From Candidatus Iainarchaeum sp. (GTDB lineage Archaea > Iainarchaeota > Iainarchaeia > Iainarchaeales > CSSED10-239): a stretch of 32,000 bases of DNA. The notes beneath the pieces were generated by a model. It saw nothing but the letters and a program-made list of their open reading frames with translations. It had not been told where the DNA came from and did no database searches. Shown piece after piece: positions 24,712 to 32,000 of the stretch. A program made the translations under genes and the position numbers. The DNA lies in NCBI GenBank assembly GCA_037441475.1, contig JBBISB010000001.1, positions 36,418 through 68,417 of the forward strand. The letters are read 5' to 3'. Positions within the stretch are counted from its first letter, which is position 1. Every line of letters starts with the position of its first letter.

Positions 24712-25260
24712 TCACTCTTTTACAGGGAATACAATACATACTCTTGAACTATTTGTGGATTCGAATCCTGATTCAGTTATATCCAATTCTGATAAAATAT
24801 TATTTGAAAGTGAGCTTGAAGAAGTTATAAAATTATCTAATCTTTCAGCATCTCTATGACATAAGACTCCAAATTTATAATTTATTCTTTCTGATTTTTT
24901 TATTTGAAGTATTTGTCCATCAGAAGAAACTCCAAAATCAGATGAATATTTGGAAGGCACAATAAATTTTACACTTTCAGGATCCATTCCTGATCCATCA
25001 GTAATTGCATCTGTGGCAACTGTTCCTTGAGTTTTAGAAGATACTTTAATAGATTCTGTAAGTGTTATTGTTCCTGGTAAGTCTTGATTACTTTTTATTT
25101 TTTCTTTAACACTATCAGTAATATTTCCTCCCGCAGGATTTATTCCACCAATTATTGGCATTAAAACACCAAGAAGGGCAAGAGCAACAACAGCAGCTAT
25201 CAGTAATTGAAATGTTGAGAATGCTTGACCTTTACTATTTTTTAAAGATATTAATTTCAT
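24712..25260 (-). CDS. pilin-like protein with a class III signal peptide (182 aa)
   Basis: MKLISLKNSKG|QAFSTFQLLIAAVVALALLGVLM at the N-terminus. The Q at +1 and the hydrophobic helix match archaeal DUF361/EppA-type pilins. Confidence 0.65.
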   Translation of the reverse strand: MKLISLKNSKGQAFSTFQLLIAAVVALALLGVLMPIIGGINPAGGNITDSVKEKIKSNQDLPGTITLTESIKVSSKTQGTVATDAITDGSGMDPESVKFIVPSKYSSDFGVSSDGQILQIKKSERINYKFGVLCHRDAERLDNFITSSSSLSNNILSELDITESGFESTNSSRVCIVFPVKE

Positions 25261-25341
25261 ATTAATTTTTCACCTCAAATATATAATAATATATAAAAAC
25301 TAATTAATTTTAAAGTCCAAAAGATATTTAAATGTTATTCT

Positions 25342-25839
25342 TTAAAAGAAAATTAAACCTTTTACAATACTTAAGGAAATTGTAAAAATAACAGGTATTA
25401 ATATCATAAATACAACCTCTTTTGTCTGTATACCAGCTCTTGGTTCCTTGTAATCAAAAACTTTGTTTTTATAAGTAACTCTTCTTCTAACTATTAAAAT
25501 ATTCCATAAAGAACCAAAAATAAAAGCAGAGATTGCCCAAATAACAGTTATCTTTAGATTAAAACTTGAAATCTTCATTATGCTTTTCCAAAAAAGCATT
25601 AAAACACCGTAAGAGACACCTAAAGAAAAGAACATTGTTATAAACAATTTTACTTTTCTGTTTAAGAAGAAATCTAAGGATTTACTAAATATTAAAGATA
25701 TTAAGAACAAAAGGCTCATTAAAACAACAATTAAGGCAATTATTGCTAAGATAATAATTCCAAAGAAATAACCAAAGACAAGGACGATTATGGCAAGTAA
25801 AAAATATTTAATGTTTCCTGTCCAACTTCTTTTTCTCAT
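25342..25839 (-). CDS. polytopic membrane protein (165 aa) embedded in the pilin operon
   Basis: Four to five TM helices. It lacks the paired-Asp/GxGD motif of prepilin peptidases. No family recognised. Confidence 0.55.
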   Translation of the reverse strand: MRKRSWTGNIKYFLLAIIVLVFGYFFGIIILAIIALIVVLMSLLFLISLIFSKSLDFFLNRKVKLFITMFFSLGVSYGVLMLFWKSIMKISSFNLKITVIWAISAFIFGSLWNILIVRRRVTYKNKVFDYKEPRAGIQTKEVVFMILIPVIFTISLSIVKGLIFF

Positions 25840-25856
25840 TCTTTAAAACCATTTTT

Positions 25857-26384
25857 TTAATTTGTTAAACCTTTTGGTATCTTGTTGATGTACATTACAC
25901 AGAAAAGTCTTTCACAATCATCTGGATCATTTATAGGCGCATTTGCATAAGTTGTGATCTCAGAATATGTTTCAGTATTAGTTAAATCCGAAATAGACAT
26001 TCCACTTAAACCACAAACAAAATAAACATCTGTTTTAAGATATTTTTTATCAATAACAGCACCATAATTTTCAAGCTTAACACCTGGACCTACAATAAAA
26101 GAAAAACATCCTTCTTCAATGTTTCCAAGCTGCTCATACCTTGAGTGACTAATAATACCTCTTACTAAAACATCTTTAACAACAAAAGGTTTATCCATAC
26201 TTATTATTGGACTGTTTATAGCAGATATAAAGGCATCTTCTATCTTTTGATTACTAATAATTATTGCTTGGTCATTTGTTTTGTTAACCATCATAATAAT
26301 AATACCAAGGATGGCTACAGAGATTACAAAAGCTATCAAAAGTTGATATGCTTCAAAAGCCTGTCCTTTATTATTTTTAATCAT
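25857..26384 (-). CDS. pilin-like protein with a class III signal peptide (175 aa)
   Basis: MIKNNKG|QAFEAYQLLIAFVISVAILGIIIMMV at the N-terminus, with 5 Cys in the soluble domain. Confidence 0.65.
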   Translation of the reverse strand: MIKNNKGQAFEAYQLLIAFVISVAILGIIIMMVNKTNDQAIIISNQKIEDAFISAINSPIISMDKPFVVKDVLVRGIISHSRYEQLGNIEEGCFSFIVGPGVKLENYGAVIDKKYLKTDVYFVCGLSGMSISDLTNTETYSEITTYANAPINDPDDCERLFCVMYINKIPKGLTN

Positions 26385-26410
26385 ATTTAAAAGTCTTTTT
26401 TAATTTTTTT

Positions 26411-28651
26411 TTAAAACATCATGTTAGCTAAGATAGTTGTTAAGATAAAAAGAATAGTTGCAACAGGAAGAGTTTGTGCAATCCTTACTTTTGTTAAAAT
26501 ACTGTTCTCTTGCTCTATCATGGTTGTAAAGTAAACAATAATTATAACAATCTGTATAACATAGATAGCAACAATTATTAAAAATGTTGTAGAATCTGCA
26601 AACTTTGCAATATTTGTAGGGTCAATGGAGGTACCTAGACCAGAGATACTTGAAGTGTTTATACTTCCACCAATAGCACTCACTCCTGAGCTTATACCTT
26701 GAACCATCTTATCCATATCATCCATAACATTACTTGAGGCAATGGAATTTAGAGTTGACATTACTATTCTTTGAAGAGCAGTTGTTATACCTAAGATAAT
26801 AGGTGCAATATACTTAGCCATACTGTTTAATGTCCCTGTAATATCTGCAATCAAGCTTGAAAGCATTTTAGAAACTTCATCTGTATTTCTAAGTTGCATA
26901 GAATAAGACATTAATGTCTTTGCAGCAACTGAAACTCCAAGCTGTACTGAATCAACAACTAATAGCATTGCACTATTAATTAATCTTGAAGGATTGTTCT
27001 TTAAAGCACCGTAGTTAGGATCAAACAATGAGGCCTTTAAATTAAGACCCATTATTCTTATATTGTCCAAGGTTTTTGCAAAAACATTTTGTGCAATCAA
27101 AGAGTTTGGTAAAAAGTTTCTTGTATGGTTTAAGGCCTCTTCAATAGGTTTATTTTCACCAAGTCTACTTGCAATAATGTAAAGAGCATCCTTAAACTCT
27201 TCTTCCATTTTTTGTGATTTTACCTGAACTCTTCTTTTGTAGATACTTGTTCCATAAAGATAAATTGATATTAAAAAACTTATTAATAGTAAGGAACCAT
27301 AAATGATATAGTAAGGAGTTGTGTCATTCTCTGTTTTTAACCAAAAATCCCTCTCAGTTTGACATTGGAACTTAGATTCTTTAGCTTTTAAAACAAGCTC
27401 CTCTGTGGTACACATAAAATCAGCATCACTTACACTTTCTCCTTCTGAGATGTACCCTTCATTAAGAAGAATATTGTATTTTGTTTTTCCTAAAGTGCTT
27501 TGCAGAAAAACACTTGTCCCTATTAAGATAACTCCAACAATTATCATTAACATAAAAACATTTATTTTAAAATTTCCAAAAACCATAGTGTTTTTAGGAG
27601 GAAGATCAGGGTGGTTATCAGGGATTACAGGTGGAAGGTACGTTATTGGTCTTTCCCTTATTACCTTTCTTGCAAAGATAAAACAACCTAAGGGAATTGC
27701 AATATTGTAAATTAAGATTAAATAAACTGGTCTTGCAAGAGAAGAATCTGAGAAAGCAGAACCAACTGGTAGAATAATTATTAAAAGAAGAGGAAGTAGA
27801 ATACCTAAATAAAACATAACCATTGCAGGTTGAGATAAACCCCTTGCATACTCTTCAAGTTTTCCTTTTATAGAAGAAAGAGTATCCTCCATGGTGTTAT
27901 CTAGGATTTGATATCTTTTTGATTCTGAAATTTCAATAACACTTGATCTTATTTTCATTAAAGACTTTTTAAACTCTTGAGAGACATCTCCCCATTTATA
28001 GGCAAGCTCATCAACAGCCTCAGCAACACTTCCTTTAATACCGACCTTAACTTCCCATAATAAAGTTTTTAGGTCCTCAGCTATCTTTCCATGACCATGG
28101 TTTGATGCAAACTCAATTGCTTTTTCAAGGTTTGGTACAAGTTTCATAGACATTATCATATACCCTAAGATTTCAGGAACAAAGGTTAAGGCATATACTT
28201 TTTCAAGATCAACTTTTCTTTGTGGATAGTTTTTAAAATAATTTATGGCATAGATGTATCCTATTAAAGGACCACCAATTGAAAAAATAGTTGGAATCAT
28301 TGCACTTCCAAACATCTTAATTAAGCTTGGCATTGCATAAAGATATAAAAGTAAGACTGTTACAAAAGTTATTATAAATCCACCAAAGATAACTGTCTTA
28401 TAACCAGCAAAATATTCTTCTGACTTTAAATCCCATTTTAGAAAGTCAATAGCATTTTGTAACTTTTCATCAAATTTTGTGTTTCTACCAAGAGAAGGAA
28501 ATTGTTGATATGCCTTTTTACAAAAAACAACATATTTATTTTCAACTTTTTTTGAAAGTCTTTCTTCATCTAGAGAAAAATCTCTTGCTTCTATGGATAT
28601 TGAACTATACAACTGGCCAGGGCTTTTTCTTGGTGTTTTTGTCTGATCCAT
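26411..28651 (-). CDS. 746-aa polytopic membrane protein with two T2SS-F-like halves (FlaJ/TadC/EpdJ-type type IV filament platform; provisional)
   Basis: It has two cytoplasmic helical-bundle-like segments, each followed by TM helices: LVPNLEKAIEFASNHGHGKIAEDLKTLLWEVKVGIKGSVAEAVDELAYKW and FKDALYIIASRLGENKPIEEALNHTRNFLPNSLIAQNVFAKTLDNIRIMGLNL. It is the first gene of the pilin operon. The call was made by eye only. Confidence 0.55.
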   Translation of the reverse strand: MDQTKTPRKSPGQLYSSISIEARDFSLDEERLSKKVENKYVVFCKKAYQQFPSLGRNTKFDEKLQNAIDFLKWDLKSEEYFAGYKTVIFGGFIITFVTVLLLYLYAMPSLIKMFGSAMIPTIFSIGGPLIGYIYAINYFKNYPQRKVDLEKVYALTFVPEILGYMIMSMKLVPNLEKAIEFASNHGHGKIAEDLKTLLWEVKVGIKGSVAEAVDELAYKWGDVSQEFKKSLMKIRSSVIEISESKRYQILDNTMEDTLSSIKGKLEEYARGLSQPAMVMFYLGILLPLLLIIILPVGSAFSDSSLARPVYLILIYNIAIPLGCFIFARKVIRERPITYLPPVIPDNHPDLPPKNTMVFGNFKINVFMLMIIVGVILIGTSVFLQSTLGKTKYNILLNEGYISEGESVSDADFMCTTEELVLKAKESKFQCQTERDFWLKTENDTTPYYIIYGSLLLISFLISIYLYGTSIYKRRVQVKSQKMEEEFKDALYIIASRLGENKPIEEALNHTRNFLPNSLIAQNVFAKTLDNIRIMGLNLKASLFDPNYGALKNNPSRLINSAMLLVVDSVQLGVSVAAKTLMSYSMQLRNTDEVSKMLSSLIADITGTLNSMAKYIAPIILGITTALQRIVMSTLNSIASSNVMDDMDKMVQGISSGVSAIGGSINTSSISGLGTSIDPTNIAKFADSTTFLIIVAIYVIQIVIIIVYFTTMIEQENSILTKVRIAQTLPVATILFILTTILANMMF

Positions 28652-28769
28652 ATATCTTTCTTCTTTAATGATTTTTACAAAATTATATAAAATTGTATAT
28701 AGATATATTTTTATATGTGTCCATTTATAAATTTTATGTAAAACAATTATTTTAGAAGGTGATTTATAG
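28652..28769. promoter_or_regulatory. divergent promoter spacer between the platform/pilin operon and the ferredoxin gene
   Basis: 118-bp AT-rich spacer with several TATA-like boxes, e.g. TTTATATAA on the minus strand about 40 nt upstream of the 28651 start. Specificity is low in this AT-rich genome. Confidence 0.35.
28757..28762 (+). promoter_or_regulatory. Shine-Dalgarno-like site (AGGTGA) for the ferredoxin gene
   Basis: AGGTGA ends 7 nt before ATG 28770. Confidence 0.5.
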
Positions 28770-28961
28770 ATGGTTATTAAAGTTAAGCAAGATTACCAAG
28801 CTTGTATTGGATGTGGGGGGTGTGTTTCTGTATGTCCTGACAATTGGAAATTTTCATCAGAAAAACCAAAACCAATAAAGACAGAAGTAAAAGAAGTTGG
28901 GTGTAATAAACAAGCAGCTGATGTTTGTCCTGTCCAGTGTATTACAATTGAAGAAGATTAA
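28770..28961 (+). CDS. small single-cluster ferredoxin
   Basis: 63 aa with CIGCGGCVSVCP and a distal CPVQCI. Confidence 0.75.
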   Translation: MVIKVKQDYQACIGCGGCVSVCPDNWKFSSEKPKPIKTEVKEVGCNKQAADVCPVQCITIEED

Positions 28962-29015
28962 AAATTGAAAATTAAATTTATTTAATAAAAACAAATTTAC
29001 TGGTTGACTATATTT

Positions 29016-29867
29016 ATGAGCACAAGAAGATTAAAGTTTGGACCAGCTGGTTTTGGTGGAACAATCATAGAAATACCCAAAAATAGTAAAAACCCAACAG
29101 GGGCTGCTGTCTTAGGGGTATCTAAACTTGGTCTTGAAGCTTTAGAAATTGAATTCGTGAGGTCTGTATACCTTAAAGGCTCTGCACCTGAAAAACTTGA
29201 TGAGATTAAAAATAACTCCATAGAGAAAGATGTTAATATCAGTATACATGCTCCTTATTTTATTAACCTTAATGCTGTGGAAGAACAGAAAATTATTAAC
29301 TCTCACAGATACATTTTAGATTCTTTAAATATTGGACAAGAGATTAATGCAAGGGTTGTTGTTTGCCATATAGGTTATTTTTTAAAACAAGAACCTAAAA
29401 AAGTTTTAAAAAATATTTCTCATGAAATATCTTTAATTGAGGATAAGTATAAGGGAGATATAAAACTTGGAATTGAACTAACTGGTAAAAAAACACAAGT
29501 AGGCTCAATTGATGAAATTTTTTACTTTATTGATAAGTGCCCTAAGTTTGTGATGCCTGTAATTGACTTTGCTCATCAACATGCAAGAGAGAATGGTTAT
29601 TTTAAGGATACAAAAAACGTTTCTTTATTTTTTGAAAAATTAAAAAGTTATCCTGAGATTTTTAAAAATATGCATATACATATGTCAGGCATAGCTTACA
29701 GCGAGAAAGGAGAAAGGCATCATTTACCTTTTAGAGAAGCAGATTTTCCTTATAAAGAAATTTTAGAAAAACTAAAAGATAATAAAGCAAATGGTACTGT
29801 TATTTGTGAGTCTCCTGAAATTGTTGAGGATGCTCTTTTTTTAAAAGAAGTTTATGAAAAGTTATAG
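29016..29867 (+). CDS. nfo: endonuclease IV-family AP endonuclease (xylose-isomerase-like TIM barrel)
   Basis: Motifs are collinear with E. coli Nfo: ISIHAPYFINLNA, VVVCHIGYF, IELTG, VIDFAHQHA, MHIHMSG...GERHHLPF and VICESP. ATG 29016 is preferred over the TTG-type start at 29004. Confidence 0.65.
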   Translation: MSTRRLKFGPAGFGGTIIEIPKNSKNPTGAAVLGVSKLGLEALEIEFVRSVYLKGSAPEKLDEIKNNSIEKDVNISIHAPYFINLNAVEEQKIINSHRYILDSLNIGQEINARVVVCHIGYFLKQEPKKVLKNISHEISLIEDKYKGDIKLGIELTGKKTQVGSIDEIFYFIDKCPKFVMPVIDFAHQHARENGYFKDTKNVSLFFEKLKSYPEIFKNMHIHMSGIAYSEKGERHHLPFREADFPYKEILEKLKDNKANGTVICESPEIVEDALFLKEVYEKL

Positions 29868-29910
29868 CCTATTTATTTTGTTTTTAGAAATAAAAAGAAT
29901 AAAAGGAAAC

Positions 29911-30198
29911 TTATAAAAGTTCCCAATCTGAGTTTTTAGATTTATCTCCAAACTTGCTTTTAACTTTATCGTCAACGTTTGCAAATTCTTCTTTCTTTTC
30001 AGATAATGTGGATTTAGCTTCAATGAAGTTTGCTCTATTAACAACAGTACTTCCTTGTTTTTTGTAATTATTTATTCTATCTATAGAATCTTCCTTAAAC
30101 TCACTCTTATGGTTACAAGAAAGACATTGATGTTTCTTTTCTGCAGGTATGTATTTTACATTTAATGAAAAGCAGTTTGAACAGTATTTATATAACAT
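29911..30198 (-). CDS. small zinc-ribbon protein (95 aa)
   Basis: The N-terminus is CSNC...x17...CLSC, followed by a charged tail. Confidence 0.5.
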   Translation of the reverse strand: MLYKYCSNCFSLNVKYIPAEKKHQCLSCNHKSEFKEDSIDRINNYKKQGSTVVNRANFIEAKSTLSEKKEEFANVDDKVKSKFGDKSKNSDWELL

Positions 30199-30419
30199 TT
30201 TATATCACGACCTATTTACCTATATCTAATATCACAATTGATTTTTCTTTTAAGTTTAAAAGTAATAGAAGATATAGTTAGAAATCTTTAAAAAGATATT
30301 GGTCACTAAAAGTTAACTATATTTACTTAATATCGATTTTGATTCTAAATAGGCTTCATCTATAATTAATTGAAGTGTTTTATTACTTTTATCTTTAAGT
30401 GGTTTTTTAATAGGTTGAA

Positions 30420-31147
30420 TTAATATTGCTTTTTTTTTGTAGTTATTTTTTTTATTTTTTCATTAAAGAAGGTTTTTTGCGACGAAGCAATATATTGTTT
30501 AATTACATTAGATATACTTATTTTTTCTTCAATAAAGTTTAAATTTCTCATACTAGTGTCTACAATTATTATGTATTTATAATTATTAATGTCTTTAATT
30601 TGAAATGGACTAAAAGGGCCTATATCTACTAATAGATAATCTTTAAGTTTATATGGTGGGAAGATGCCTGGAATTGAAATACTTGAAAAAATAGCATCGT
30701 AGAGGGTTATCTTCCTAGGATATATTAAAATTTTATTTTTGTCTTTAAGACCTTTATTTGTAAATATTAATTCTTTTCCTGATTTAAGATCTAATGTGTT
30801 AATTTGCAAGTTAATTTTTAATTTATCAAAGGTAGTATTTTTTAAAGAATTTTTAATTGTTTTTTTTATCTTATTATTATTAAAAATACTTTCATTATTT
30901 AAATTTATATCAAAAAAGTTAAATAATTTTAGATCTAGTCCTTCTGTTTTTAATATCATTTTATCTGGACTTTGACCAGTTGCAATTAAAGAAGCTGTGA
31001 TTGAACCAAAGGAGGTTCCTTTAACAGATGTAATTTTTAGGTTATTTTTTTTATAAATTCATCAATAGCTTTATAAACTCCAAATTGAGCATATCCTCTT
31101 GCTTCTCCACCACTAAATATTATGGCAATTTCATTTTTATGATTCAT
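30420..31147 (-). pseudogene. patatin-like phospholipase, frameshifted in an A8 (plus-strand T8) run at 31045-31052
   Basis: From ATG 31147 the gene reads MNHKNEIAIIFSGGEARGYAQFGVYKAIDEFIKK, then hits TAA (31037-31039). One extra A would continue NNLKITSVKGTSFGSITASLIATG (the GxSxG elbow) into ORF 30420..30959, which carries LLVDIGPF at the DGG-equivalent site. Confidence 0.75.
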
Positions 31148-31259
31148 ATTTTATACCTTTTATAATAAATTAATGTTTAAAAACATTTATTAAAGTTTTC
31201 ATCTATATATCTTTAAGATCATAGAAATATGTTCTTTATATATTAAACGTGATAATAAG

Positions 31260-32000
31260 ATGGAACTGAATGAAAAGAATTTAGGCGTAATTGCTTTTGG
31301 TGTTAAAACAGGAATTATTACTTTCAAAGATGATATTGTAGAGGTTGTAAAAAACTCCTTTAAAAAAGAAAAAGACTTAGTAAAGGATGGAGATATTGTT
31401 TGTATAACAGAGGCTGTTGTTGCAATTACTCAACATAACTATGTTTATTTAGATGATATTTCTCAAGAGATTAAAAAGAAACTTAAACTTAAAGAAAAAT
31501 CTACAATCGGAGTAATCTACCCTATTCTTTCAAGAAATAGATTTTCAATGATATTAAAGGGAATATCAAAAGCAGCATCTAAGGGTAAGATAATTATACA
31601 ACTAAAGTTTCCTGATGATGAACAAGGAAATCCTATTATTGACCATAAGATGCTTAAAAAATTAAATAAAATTAATGAAGACATAATAACAACTAAAGAT
31701 ATTGGAAAGAATAGATTCTTACATCCTGAAACTGGTCTTGACTATATTGCTTTTTATGAATCAATTGTTAAGCAGCAAGGCCTAGATGTTGAAGTTTATT
31801 TAGCAAACTCAACAAAGTTTTTAATAGATAAAAAACCAGATGCAATAATTGTGTCAAATGTACATCATAGAAACGATACTATTTCTTCAATAAAGAGAAG
31901 AGGGTATAAGAATGTAATAACTTTACAAGACATCTGTTCAGATTCTTCAAAAAAAGCATACTCTGAGTATGGTTTATTAGGTTCAAATATTTTAGATCCT
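31260..32000 (+). CDS. CofE-like (F420-0:gamma-glutamyl ligase fold) family protein, 3' end outside window; tentative
   Basis: The frame is open from ATG 31260 to the window end (247 codons). Segments GDIVCITEAVVAITQ and YGLLGSN resemble the CofE family layout. The assignment is weak. Confidence 0.35.
   Translation, partial: MELNEKNLGVIAFGVKTGIITFKDDIVEVVKNSFKKEKDLVKDGDIVCITEAVVAITQHNYVYLDDISQEIKKKLKLKEKSTIGVIYPILSRNRFSMILKGISKAASKGKIIIQLKFPDDEQGNPIIDHKMLKKLNKINEDIITTKDIGKNRFLHPETGLDYIAFYESIVKQQGLDVEVYLANSTKFLIDKKPDAIIVSNVHHRNDTISSIKRRGYKNVITLQDICSDSSKKAYSEYGLLGSNILDP

Noticed and set aside
20602-25839. The two 165-aa polytopic proteins (20602..21099 and 25342..25839) as the missing prepilin peptidase or as paralogues of each other.
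   Set aside because: Neither shows the paired catalytic Asp / GxGD-type motif of PibD/FlaK/EppA. I could not align the two to each other, so the identical length appears coincidental.

Overview
Strongly AT-rich, gene-dense window that I read as archaeal, probably a small-genome DPANN-like lineage (lineage is inference). The evidence is an intron-containing tRNA-Tyr with the archaeal C1:G72 pair and a canonical bulge-helix-bulge splice motif, plus a run of proteins with archaeal class III ([KR]G|Q) signal peptides. The left half (1-15.4 kb) is mostly housekeeping and redox genes: tdk tail, two alpha/beta hydrolases, YjbQ, desulfoferrodoxin, an exported thioredoxin-fold protein, a CPBP protease, ArsR plus glutaredoxin, a DHH phosphoesterase and class II LysRS. 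It also holds an 810-aa protein built from about 60 decapeptide repeats. The main item is a co-directional minus-strand surface block at 15.7-28.7 kb. It has a 746-aa FlaJ/TadC-like platform protein, seven small pilin-like proteins (including a 66-aa Flp-like minimal pilin and two cysteine-rich ones) and two 165-aa polytopic membrane proteins. It ends with a 1,639-aa orphan secreted protein that has a C-terminal membrane anchor. No secretion ATPase or prepilin peptidase lies in the window. A second theme is single-nucleotide gene lesions. corA has an in-frame TAA. glmS has a TGA at an invariant Gly plus a 1-nt frameshift. A patatin-like gene is frameshifted in a T8/A8 run, and one hydrolase may have lost its start in a T4 run. 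All family calls rest on motif recognition by eye; no searches were run.
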